Positions 10,743 through 19,665 of a DNA stretch of 38,961 nucleotides are shown here, one piece after another (positions within the stretch are counted from its first letter, which is position 1; each line of letters starts with the position of its first letter). The notes below the pieces were generated by a model that was given only the letters and a program-made list of their open reading frames with translations, had not been told where the DNA came from and searched no databases. Source of the DNA: an uncultured Bacteroidales bacterium (GTDB lineage Bacteria; Pseudomonadota; Alphaproteobacteria; Rs-D84; CACZYB01); NCBI GenBank assembly GCA_964530355.1, contig CAZHAL010000001.1, positions 1-38,961 on the forward strand, given 5' to 3'. The position numbers were made by a program, and so were the translations under genes.

Positions 10743-12278
10743 ATGAAAAATATTTTTAAAATTTTATCTTTAATAATGATGCTTTTAACCGCACCTGCAT
10801 ATTCTCAGGAAATAATTCCTGGTGTAGGATTCGGAACGCAAAACGCATGGGACAATCCTATGCAAAATATGGGTGAAAATCAAACCAAGCCGGGATTCCA
10901 ACGTATACAATGGGAACCTGGTTCCGTTATGCCGATAAAACTTCGCGACGGTATGTTGACCATTATAAACTTTCCGGAATGGGAAACTATAAAGGATGCC
11001 TATGTCGGGGATAAGGACTTCTTTGACGGTCGTCCGGTTGAAAAAAACACATTTATGATTTCACCTGTTGACGGTCGTGCAATGGCAGATACCAACTTAT
11101 TTATTTTTGGAAGCAGTGGAAATAAATACGTATTCTATTTAAAGTCAGAACCTCTTAACACCGAAAAAATTACCTCTTCTGTAATTGATGTTTCTGTTCC
11201 TTATAAATACAGAAAGGGAAGCAACGGTGGTGCCGCATCCGGCTCATCAAATAACTTTGCCTCATCAAAATCAATAATGGGCGGTCAAAGTTACAGGGAA
11301 ACCGGTGACAGTGATTGGGAAGGTGAAGATTTCGGCTGGATAAAAAGTATCAATGTTGACCCAACCGAATTCAGATTTGATTTGGACGTGTTCGTTCCAA
11401 ATCCTGATGATTACGTAATCGCACCTGAACGTGTATGGCGTGACCAAATCTTTACATACATAGATTTCGGAGAAAAGGCTTTAAATATGAATCAACGCCC
11501 TGTTGTATCCCTTCTTGTCGAAGGTGGCGAAACACCTGTCGGCTCCAGAACAGAAGGTCCGCAAAGCCGTCTTCTTGTAGTAGAAGCAATCGGCGATTTG
11601 GTTTTACGAAACGGTCAAAGAATTGTATGTATAAAACTTCGTTCAAAACCATACTTATTATCTAACCCACCACCTCCACAGGATTTGGTTGCTGTTGCGG
11701 GAAACATAGGCGGTAATGCAAATATGTCCGCAGGATATGGTATGGATATGTCACAATCCTACTATGGATATGATATGACCGGCGGAAGCTATATGTATCC
11801 GCAATCACTACCTTACGGTGCCGGCGCAATGCCAATGGGCTATCCTATGGCAGGCGGATATATGGGTAACGGTGCAATGGGAGGTTCTTCCTACCTAACC
11901 GGTGAAGAAAACGAAATAATATATAATTCACTTCAAGCAAAATCCAAAACAAATGCATCAGTTTTGCCAAACCACTATGTCCCTCTTGTAAAGCAAAACT
12001 CTCAAAATGTAAGTGTTGAAATATTCAAGGGTAAATCAGTATCCGATTTGGAAAACAAATGGCTTGAACTTACCGAAAAACTACCATGGCTTGACGAATA
12101 CACTCCATTCTATTCCGTTGAAACCAGCGGTGTTGATGAAATAGGACAACAAAGATATTATGGCGGAGAATTCTACCGTTTGCGTGTCGGACCATTCTCA
12201 CAGATAGAGGTTGCAGATGAAATTTGTCAGAAACTGTCTCTTCAAAATGTCCCATGTAATGTTGTAAGGACACAATAA
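10743..12278 (+). CDS. virB9: Type IV secretion protein VirB9/TrbG-like with a G/Y/M-rich linker and a C-terminal SPOR domain
   Basis: Signal peptide ...APAYSQE. N-domain QRIQWEPGSVMPIKLRDGMLTIINF...NLFIFGSSGNKYVFYLK. C-domain APERVWRDQIFTYIDFGEK...RPVVSLLVEGGETPV...LVLRNGQRIVCIKL, typical of VirB9. The final ~85 aa, ...FYRLRVGPFSQIEVADEICQKLSLQNVPCNVV, match the SPOR consensus. Confidence 0.75.
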   Translation: MKNIFKILSLIMMLLTAPAYSQEIIPGVGFGTQNAWDNPMQNMGENQTKPGFQRIQWEPGSVMPIKLRDGMLTIINFPEWETIKDAYVGDKDFFDGRPVEKNTFMISPVDGRAMADTNLFIFGSSGNKYVFYLKSEPLNTEKITSSVIDVSVPYKYRKGSNGGAASGSSNNFASSKSIMGGQSYRETGDSDWEGEDFGWIKSINVDPTEFRFDLDVFVPNPDDYVIAPERVWRDQIFTYIDFGEKALNMNQRPVVSLLVEGGETPVGSRTEGPQSRLLVVEAIGDLVLRNGQRIVCIKLRSKPYLLSNPPPPQDLVAVAGNIGGNANMSAGYGMDMSQSYYGYDMTGGSYMYPQSLPYGAGAMPMGYPMAGGYMGNGAMGGSSYLTGEENEIIYNSLQAKSKTNASVLPNHYVPLVKQNSQNVSVEIFKGKSVSDLENKWLELTEKLPWLDEYTPFYSVETSGVDEIGQQRYYGGEFYRLRVGPFSQIEVADEICQKLSLQNVPCNVVRTQ

Positions 12279-12292
12279 AAAGGGGTTCCCTC

Positions 12293-14407
12293 ATGGCAAT
12301 ATTTAAAAAACAAAAGGCAGGCGCAACTCAAACTTCATCACCATCAGATGAAAACGAACAAATGTTGCCTGCCAATAAAAAAAGTAAATCTGAAATTACA
12401 ACAAAACAAACAAATACAATATTGCTTATCATCGCATTCGTTATGCTTGGTATTTTTGTTGTCGGCGCAATATTTACAACAAATAAAAATCAAGCAGATA
12501 TACAGGCGATGGAAAACTCCATACCCGAAGAAACAACTACTACAACAACAACCGTTACAACAGAAACTTTTACATATATTTCACCTGTTGTAAGCTCTGA
12601 TCCGCAAACCGTAAAATTTGATAATATACTTGTCGGAACGGAAAGCTTTAACTCTATCATGATTTCCGTTGCAAACAGTCCGATAAAAATAACTGACATA
12701 AAATTCTCAACACAAGTTGACGGTCTTTCCTATGATGACGATTGCACACAAAGGGAATCTATCACACCGGAATCAAATTGCATAATAAACCTTATTTGGA
12801 CACCGACAAAAGTTGAAAACAAAAATATCTTTATGCTTCTTACCTATAATGATCCGGACAGCGAAGACATAACCACATCAGCACAAAGCGAACGTGGAAA
12901 ATCAAGAACGTATAAAATAAACATCTCTCTTTCCTCAATGGAAAACAAAACATCTGTTGAAACATATGATGAGGAAGAAGAGGACGAATTTTACGATGAT
13001 GACGAAGATGAAGAATACGAAGAAGAGGAGGAGGAAGAGGAAGATTTCCAACCTGCGACAAGACGTGACGTTCGAAATTTCACAAACACTGTTGCACCAG
13101 TAATGAATCAAGCACAGGAAACAACAAAAACAATATACCCTTCCGATTGCAAAAAATATGCAAGCAAGGCTTACGACTTTTCGGGAACATTCATAGGTTG
13201 GGTTCAAACAAATAACGATGTCTTTGCACCAAATTGTTCAAAGGTCATAGGTTCTCTTCAGGAGGACGGCATGGTCCTTGAAATAGGGACCGGAAAACTT
13301 ATCGGAAAGGGTGCCGTTTTTGATAAAAAGAAATCAGAGGAAAAAAGAATTGAACTTACTCTTCCGCTTTTAGAGGAGGTAATGGAAACCGTAACATCCG
13401 AAAACTTTAATCCCAGTATAGAGGATATATCCGCAAACCGTAGTGCAGTTAAAACAGAAGGATACGGCGGTAAAGATGCATCAAATTACAGTAACGAAGA
13501 TTTATACAAGGCCGACGATCCACTAAAAATAATCAGCCGACAGAAAAATTCCCTTATTCCGTTTACTATCACAGAGCCTACCCAACTGTCATCTATGCCA
13601 AAGGATGAACGTTATGTCCTTCGCCAATCAAAACCGATACCTGCGGTCCTTAACCGACCTATATATTTCGGAAGTGCGCGTGAAAATTCTCGTGCCGGCG
13701 AAGACGGGACTATATATTCGGCACATGAAGGAAACGCAGTTGCCACTGTCGAAAGGAATGTTTACGGCGGTGACGGTCGAACAATAATAATCCCTGCCGG
13801 ATCTCAACTGATTGGAACTGCTGATGAACCTGCCGGTACCGGATTACAGGAAACCGAAAAAATAAATATAACCTGGACAAGACTTATTCGTCCGGACGGC
13901 GCAGAATTCAACCTTGACGGTCTTACCGCATTTACTGGCGATGCCCAAGGTCGAGAAGGCGTCCCCGGAAAAAACGATACGGAATATATGCGTGATTTAT
14001 TCATAAAACCGCTTCTTTATTCTGCTCTTCCTGTTGCAATGGAAGCAATATTCCCATCAACATCATCCCTTGTTACCCGTGTCAAAAGGACTGACGGAAC
14101 ATATCAAACTATCGATGATGCAATAACAGAGGAGGAAGGAGATTACGGCTTTGATTGGAATGAATCAACCTATGATCTTAATATGTCATCAAAGGATAAA
14201 ATGAAAGCCGAAATCCAACAAAATTGGAAAACCGGTATGCAAAAACTTATTGACCAATCTGCAAACCAATCAATACCGTTTACAGTTGCAGCCGGAACCC
14301 GCATTATGGTATTTTTAAACAAAGATATTATGCTTCGTATCGAAGACGATATGACAGAAGCATTAAGCAATGCTTCTACTGAAGCAGAGGGCGGTGCCGG
14401 AGAATAA
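12293..14407 (+). CDS. virB10: Type IV secretion protein VirB10/TrbI-like with N-terminal insertions
   Basis: One TM (ILLIIAFVMLGIFVVGAIF). The C-terminal TrbI/VirB10 domain reads VERNVYGGDGRTIIIPAGSQLIGTADEP...INITWTRLIRPDGAEFNLDG...GDAQGREGVPGKNDTEY.... Confidence 0.8.
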   Translation: MAIFKKQKAGATQTSSPSDENEQMLPANKKSKSEITTKQTNTILLIIAFVMLGIFVVGAIFTTNKNQADIQAMENSIPEETTTTTTTVTTETFTYISPVVSSDPQTVKFDNILVGTESFNSIMISVANSPIKITDIKFSTQVDGLSYDDDCTQRESITPESNCIINLIWTPTKVENKNIFMLLTYNDPDSEDITTSAQSERGKSRTYKINISLSSMENKTSVETYDEEEEDEFYDDDEDEEYEEEEEEEEDFQPATRRDVRNFTNTVAPVMNQAQETTKTIYPSDCKKYASKAYDFSGTFIGWVQTNNDVFAPNCSKVIGSLQEDGMVLEIGTGKLIGKGAVFDKKKSEEKRIELTLPLLEEVMETVTSENFNPSIEDISANRSAVKTEGYGGKDASNYSNEDLYKADDPLKIISRQKNSLIPFTITEPTQLSSMPKDERYVLRQSKPIPAVLNRPIYFGSARENSRAGEDGTIYSAHEGNAVATVERNVYGGDGRTIIIPAGSQLIGTADEPAGTGLQETEKINITWTRLIRPDGAEFNLDGLTAFTGDAQGREGVPGKNDTEYMRDLFIKPLLYSALPVAMEAIFPSTSSLVTRVKRTDGTYQTIDDAITEEEGDYGFDWNESTYDLNMSSKDKMKAEIQQNWKTGMQKLIDQSANQSIPFTVAAGTRIMVFLNKDIMLRIEDDMTEALSNASTEAEGGAGE

Positions 14408-14421
14408 AAGGAAAAACATAA

Positions 14422-14784
14422 ATGAAAAAATTCTTAACATTAACTTTAACGATTTTTACATTACTTTCAACAAACGCAAACGCAACAACTTTTATGTCCG
14501 CGTTTGAGGAAATCCCTCTTCAAAACGGACTTAGCGAAGAAGAACCTTTTTCCTATGATACAGAGGAAATAAGGATAATTGAACAATATGTTTCAAGTGC
14601 CGATATGAGCATTGATGAATTTTTAAAATTTTACCGAACAACACTAAAATCATTGGGCTGGAATGAAATTTCCCATAATGATAAAAATACCGTTTTCAAA
14701 CGCGAAGATGAATCATTAACACTTACAATAGAATCAAGTTCTCCGCTTGTTGTTTTATTTTCACTTAAACCTTACGGTAAATAA
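14422..14784 (+). CDS. Small secreted protein of unknown function, last gene of the virB8-B10 operon
   Basis: Signal peptide MKKFLTLTLTIFTLLSTNANA and RBS AAAGGAAAAA. I recognised no family. Confidence 0.5.
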   Translation: MKKFLTLTLTIFTLLSTNANATTFMSAFEEIPLQNGLSEEEPFSYDTEEIRIIEQYVSSADMSIDEFLKFYRTTLKSLGWNEISHNDKNTVFKREDESLTLTIESSSPLVVLFSLKPYGK

Positions 14785-15750
14785 TTAAGCAATATCGGTA
14801 ATCATACGAATATTACCCTCTCTGCCTATTTGAACGACACGAAGTTTTTGCCTCATATTCTCCAAAGTCTTTTGCTGATCAAGTTCTGGAAACGTATGCA
14901 AAATCCGATCAATAAAAGCCTTATACGCCCCCTCAACCGATTCGGCATGAATTGTTGCATAGAAATGCTTATGCCCTGTTCCCATAAGCTCCCATATCGC
15001 ACCGGCATTTTCGGTTGAAATTTCCCCACCCATAATAGCATCGGGAGTCATACGCACAACCAAATCAATCACATCTTTATACGTGAACATATTTGTTTGC
15101 CCGGTTCGTGACAAAAGCAAATGAATATGATTCTTCTGCGGAACAATCAACTCCCTTGAATCTTCAATCGTAATCACACGAAGCGAAGGACTAAGTAACT
15201 TTAAAATATTATTTAAAAAAGTTGTTTTACCGGTCGACGTAGCACCGCTTATCAAAATATGATCACCCCTGGAGATAGCATCCATCAAACGCTGATACGG
15301 ATCACTTGCCAACTCAACATTTTCCGCTGACAGATGTTGAAGCTCCGCCCCCTTCACCAAACCGTAATCGGCAAAATCAAAATCCACTGTATCCTTTTTC
15401 GTTCTGATGGCAAGGGCAATTCCTCCCTCTATATCATCATTATCATAAAGGACATTTTTACCGGCAATTCCCGAAAATCTATGATCCCCTGGAAGTGTGG
15501 CATACACCACCGGAATACCGGTAGAAGGATCAAACGGCACTTCATAAGTATTTGCAATAATATTCATAATATCGGTTAAATAATCCTTTGATAAATGCTT
15601 ATCTTTTTCCATCACCCAAGGAATTTCACGCCGTCCGCGAAGTCTTAACCAAACCTCCCCGGCATGATTAACGGCGACTTCTTCTATATTGGATTGCATA
15701 TACCAATTTGCAAGATATTTAAGCGTTGAATTTAAAACCTCATTAGCCAT
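14785..15750 (-). CDS. virB11: Type IV secretion ATPase VirB11
   Basis: Walker A ISGATSTGKTTFLNNIL, plus ITIEDSRELIV and PDAIMGGEI motifs of the VirB11/GspE-like traffic ATPases. I placed the start at ATG 15750 (MANEVLNS, RBS AAGAGGAGAG). The longer track ORF extends into the upstream promoter region. Confidence 0.85.
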   Translation of the reverse strand: MANEVLNSTLKYLANWYMQSNIEEVAVNHAGEVWLRLRGRREIPWVMEKDKHLSKDYLTDIMNIIANTYEVPFDPSTGIPVVYATLPGDHRFSGIAGKNVLYDNDDIEGGIALAIRTKKDTVDFDFADYGLVKGAELQHLSAENVELASDPYQRLMDAISRGDHILISGATSTGKTTFLNNILKLLSPSLRVITIEDSRELIVPQKNHIHLLLSRTGQTNMFTYKDVIDLVVRMTPDAIMGGEISTENAGAIWELMGTGHKHFYATIHAESVEGAYKAFIDRILHTFPELDQQKTLENMRQKLRVVQIGREGNIRMITDIA

Positions 15751-15875
15751 TAACTCTCTCCTCTTTAAATAAATTACCTCAAATAAAGAAAATTTACAAT
15801 ACATTTTTATGATTTTATGCTTTCGCTTTCCCATTTTTTTTGATATAATAGCCTTTATAATATTAAGGGATAAAA

Positions 15876-16769
15876 ATGATTGCAAAAAGAACAAAAACTT
15901 TAACGGAACAGGAAATAAAGGAGATTCATTCTACTATTGATATAATTGACATATCACTTTATGACCTTATAAAAAAGCGATGCGAACTTATATCCGAGCT
16001 TAATAAAAACACAAACACAACCCTACATGATTTATCAAAATCCCTTTCCCTTACAATCGAAAAAATCACAAACGAAAGAAAATACGACAAATCAACTTTG
16101 TCAACGACCATAGGTTTAATAAAACTTCTTGAAATAACATCAAGGAATATGGAAATAGGCATTTCATTAAAAAAGGAAAAAGTATCCGAACTTGAATCCA
16201 TACTTTCACACATAAAAAACTTATTCCCGTTATTCGATAATATAAAGTATAGGGTTTTCCCGAAATACGGCGATATAATCAAAAACATAACCTCAACAAA
16301 TAACCTTATCGCATCGATTCCTGCTACACATACAACACCAAAGGACGTATGGTGGATGGGAATGCTTGCCCCGGAAAAACAAAACATAAAAATCATAAAC
16401 AAGATTCCGTTGACCGAAGAAAATGATAAAATACCGGAATACCTTATCACAAACACAAATAAATACTGGAATTTCGACCGAAGCGTAATAGTAATTGCGA
16501 CATCGGAAACCGTAACACATACATGGTTAAAGGGCGCCCTACACCGCCTTCAAATCCCATTATACGAGGTAATAGATTCCACCGCGGTATTCAATGGAAC
16601 CGTGCTACATCTTGTTGAAATATCATATCCTATACAATCGGAAACCGATAAAATCTTTTCACTTAACGAAACAATAAACGGAATAAATATCCAAATCGCA
16701 GGATATCTTGGCGGATATTTTCTATCCATCATTGACAAAGATAAGATACTATCTTTCAAAACAATGTAA
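15876..16769 (+). CDS. Hypothetical protein with weak chorismate mutase / prephenate dehydratase-ACT-like features
   Basis: The N-terminus LTEQEIKEIHSTIDIIDISLYDLIKKRCELISEL resembles the first helix of AroQ chorismate mutases. The C-terminus ...IQIAGYLGGY resembles the end of PheA ACT domains. The rest is highly diverged. Confidence 0.4.
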   Translation: MIAKRTKTLTEQEIKEIHSTIDIIDISLYDLIKKRCELISELNKNTNTTLHDLSKSLSLTIEKITNERKYDKSTLSTTIGLIKLLEITSRNMEIGISLKKEKVSELESILSHIKNLFPLFDNIKYRVFPKYGDIIKNITSTNNLIASIPATHTTPKDVWWMGMLAPEKQNIKIINKIPLTEENDKIPEYLITNTNKYWNFDRSVIVIATSETVTHTWLKGALHRLQIPLYEVIDSTAVFNGTVLHLVEISYPIQSETDKIFSLNETINGINIQIAGYLGGYFLSIIDKDKILSFKTM

Positions 16770-16810
16770 AAAAAACTTTATTTTCCCAAATAATATAGTA
16801 TAAATAAAGT

Positions 16811-17923
16811 ATGAAAATAAAGAAATATAATATACTATACAGATTTCTAAGCCTCCATTTCATAAAGTCATTTGGATTGGTATTTTGTTGTATTGCCGGA
16901 ATAATAGCTTTATTTTCCATAATAAAAAGCATTAAATCATTCGCGACAAAGGCTCGCGATATCCCGTTCAGCGTTACAATACAATACGCCTTACTTGATA
17001 TATCCTATACACTGACAACAACATTACCTCTTTCCGTATTACTTGCCGGCATACTGACATTTTGGAAATTATCAAGGACATCCGAACTTACCGTAATCCG
17101 TTCCATCGGTATATCGGTTTGGCAATTTTTAACTCCTATCCTCGGGGTCTGTATTGCCATAGGTTTCTTGAATATGTCGGTATTAAGCCCTATCGGCTCC
17201 GCCTTACAAAAACGCATTTCCAGACTTAATTACAAATATGAAATAAGCCATTCCAACCCGCTTTTATTCTCACAAAACGGTTTGTGGTTAAAGGAAAAAT
17301 CGGATCTTACACAATCATTTATCTATGCCGAATATATAAAAAAGGAACAAAATGTCCTAAATGCAAAAAATTTAACAATATTCGTAACCGATTTAAAAAA
17401 TAATTTTTTAAAAAGGATAGAGGCAGATTCGGCAACACTCCAAAACCACCGCTTAATTTTAAAAAACGTAAAAATAATAGACCCAAAACTTTTCATTGAT
17501 GAATTTGATATATACGATTATCCGACAGTTTTAACAGTTGATAAGATAGAGGAAAATTCATCAGAGCCTGAAAGCTTTTCATTTTGGGAGCTTCCAAGTT
17601 TCATAAAATTCTTTGAAAAGTCAGGTTTCTCCGCCAGAAAACATTTATCATATTTTTACACACTTTTATTTTTACCACTGACACTTTGTGCAATGCTTTT
17701 GATATCCGCAATATTTTCCATTTCACCGAAACGAAATCAGGCAAACCTGGTCTTCAAATTAACCGGCGGTATTTTAATAGGTTTCGGTGTATTTTTCATT
17801 GACCAGGTCGTTCGTGCAATCGGGACATCCGGCCGAATACCTATATTCATATCAAATATAACAATACCTGTTGTCGCAATACTTTTATGTATAACAATTT
17901 TATTGTATGAAGAGGATGGATAA
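16811..17923 (+). CDS. LPS export ABC transporter permease, LptF/LptG (YjgP/YjgQ) family
   Basis: 370 aa with three N-terminal TMs, a ~150-aa periplasmic beta-jellyroll-like insert and three C-terminal TMs. Motifs include LSRTSELTVIRSIGISVWQF. I cannot separate LptF from LptG by eye. Confidence 0.75.
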   Translation: MKIKKYNILYRFLSLHFIKSFGLVFCCIAGIIALFSIIKSIKSFATKARDIPFSVTIQYALLDISYTLTTTLPLSVLLAGILTFWKLSRTSELTVIRSIGISVWQFLTPILGVCIAIGFLNMSVLSPIGSALQKRISRLNYKYEISHSNPLLFSQNGLWLKEKSDLTQSFIYAEYIKKEQNVLNAKNLTIFVTDLKNNFLKRIEADSATLQNHRLILKNVKIIDPKLFIDEFDIYDYPTVLTVDKIEENSSEPESFSFWELPSFIKFFEKSGFSARKHLSYFYTLLFLPLTLCAMLLISAIFSISPKRNQANLVFKLTGGILIGFGVFFIDQVVRAIGTSGRIPIFISNITIPVVAILLCITILLYEEDG

Positions 17924-17926
17924 TAA

Positions 17927-18769
17927 ATGCAAAGAGGGGTCAAATTTTTATCAATCATATTTTCTGTTTTCCATTTTTCCTTAATGGGAAATGTATTATA
18001 TGCACAATCTTCAAAGATAAATATGTCCTATACCGCTCCGATAGGTATGCAAACATTAAACCCAAACACTCCGGAAAATAAAAACCTTTACAATAAAAAT
18101 TTTTCCGGCGCCGCACACAGCATTATCTCCGAAATCTTCAAAAATACTAATGTAAATTTAAACTACATCCCCTATGATAATTACAACTCTGCATTACAAG
18201 CATCTCAGTTACACCTGTCACAAAACACCCTCGATTTTATAATAGGCATAACATTTGATGAAAATACACTGAAATACCTGAACTATATCCCGCACCCTAT
18301 TTACACGGATAACATAGTCATCATAGTCGATAATTCCCACATAAAGGATAAATCCATACTGACAAAGGATTTATACGAAACTATATCCAACCTGTCACGA
18401 AACAACATTGCAATAACTATTGATAACTTGGATATGAACCTTCACCCCTTTCAATCATTTAAGGAAAAAGACGTCGCCACGGCAATGGAAACGGTATTTA
18501 ACAAAAATACATTCCTGATACTTCCTTTTGAAATGGCACTCAGTTATTTACAGGACAATAAATCAAATCCAAAGGTAAAGACCTTAAAGATTTTAAAATA
18601 CCCAAATCAGGTCAATTACTTTATCGCCCTTAATAAAAACAAAACACAGGAAAAAATCAAACACGAAGGAGAAATGTATCTGCCCGAAGATTTTATAAAA
18701 ACCCGATTAAACGATATGACCGATTCCGGACAACTCCAACAAATAATAGGCGAATTTAAAACAAAGTAA
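17927..18769 (+). CDS. Secreted hypothetical protein (possibly a degenerate family-3 solute-binding fold)
   Basis: Signal peptide ...MGNVLYAQS. It lies 3 nt downstream of the lptF/G stop. The resemblance to solute-binding proteins (LDFIIGITFDENTLKYLNYIPHPIY) is weak. Confidence 0.45.
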   Translation: MQRGVKFLSIIFSVFHFSLMGNVLYAQSSKINMSYTAPIGMQTLNPNTPENKNLYNKNFSGAAHSIISEIFKNTNVNLNYIPYDNYNSALQASQLHLSQNTLDFIIGITFDENTLKYLNYIPHPIYTDNIVIIVDNSHIKDKSILTKDLYETISNLSRNNIAITIDNLDMNLHPFQSFKEKDVATAMETVFNKNTFLILPFEMALSYLQDNKSNPKVKTLKILKYPNQVNYFIALNKNKTQEKIKHEGEMYLPEDFIKTRLNDMTDSGQLQQIIGEFKTK

Positions 18770-18820
18770 ACATTTTACTTTTAAAAAAAATATATTATAA
18801 TGTTTTCAAAGGAGAAGATT

Positions 18821-19609
18821 TTGCTTAAAAAGTTACTGACATGTCTGTTTATTCTAACAAGCTCCATCACCTATGCACAGGAAATAATGGAAATGGATTC
18901 ATACGAAGATGATGTCGAATTCATTGGTGAGGATGGAGAGGAAGAAGAATACGAAGATTATGTCGAAGAGGGACAAGAAGAATACGTTGTATCAAACTTA
19001 AACGAACGGGTAAAGGGTTTCGATATCGCCGGCGTAATGTTGGAAATGAACTATAAAAAGGTGCGTGAGGTATTAAAGGAACGCAAATACAAATTCATTG
19101 ATGTTGAATACAAAATTCCCGAATACTTTACTTTTAATTACGATTCTATCTGTCGTTCACATAACGTCTTCATCCCTGAAAATTTAAAGGCTTGTATCAC
19201 AGGTCTTGCAAAAAAGGATAAGATGCAATATGTCTATAAGGCATCATTTAAAAAACACGATACTAACGAAGATATCAATGTTTATTTCACAGGTCCTTTG
19301 ACCGATAACAAAGTTTATAAAATAGAATACACAAATGACGTAAATAAAAAATACGGTGATGCAAAAAATTTCCAATATCAAAGGGAGGAACGTCGCCGTG
19401 CATTTTGGTATTTCGTTCTTTCAAAATACGGCGAACCGAACGTAGAACCTAATCAATGGGTTTTGGATATGGAGGAAGAATTGCAAACAAGCCTTACCGC
19501 ACAATATGGTAAACTTACACTTGAAAACAAAAAACAATTCGCATTTGATGTATTGGAAACAAACAAAGAAGCTCGTCGCCAATTCAAATATACCAACTAT
19601 ACATTCTAA
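18821..19609 (+). CDS. Secreted hypothetical protein with an acidic N-terminal tract
   Basis: I prefer the TTG start at 18821 (AAGGAG 6 nt upstream), giving signal peptide MLKKLLTCLFILTSSITYAQE. The track ATG at 18800 is an alternative. An acidic run DDVEFIGEDGEEEEYEDYVEEGQEEY follows. Confidence 0.5.
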   Translation: MLKKLLTCLFILTSSITYAQEIMEMDSYEDDVEFIGEDGEEEEYEDYVEEGQEEYVVSNLNERVKGFDIAGVMLEMNYKKVREVLKERKYKFIDVEYKIPEYFTFNYDSICRSHNVFIPENLKACITGLAKKDKMQYVYKASFKKHDTNEDINVYFTGPLTDNKVYKIEYTNDVNKKYGDAKNFQYQREERRRAFWYFVLSKYGEPNVEPNQWVLDMEEELQTSLTAQYGKLTLENKKQFAFDVLETNKEARRQFKYTNYTF

Positions 19610-19610
19610 T

Positions 19611-19647
19611 AAAAAATCCCCGACAAAACGGGGATTTAATTTTTTTG
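19611..19647. terminator. Bidirectional rho-independent terminator
   Basis: Stem AAATCCCCG (19614-19622) / CGGGGATTT (19629-19637), an A-run before and a T-run after. It sits between convergent genes. Confidence 0.7.
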
Positions 19648-19665
19648 ATTACAAAAATAAATTTA

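Noticed and set aside
12962-13045. GAA/GAG/GAT-rich repetitive DNA that looks like a tandem repeat
   Set aside because: It is in frame inside virB10 and encodes the poly-Glu/Asp tract. It is coding low complexity, not a CRISPR array or a satellite repeat. No direct-repeat/spacer periodicity occurs anywhere in the window.
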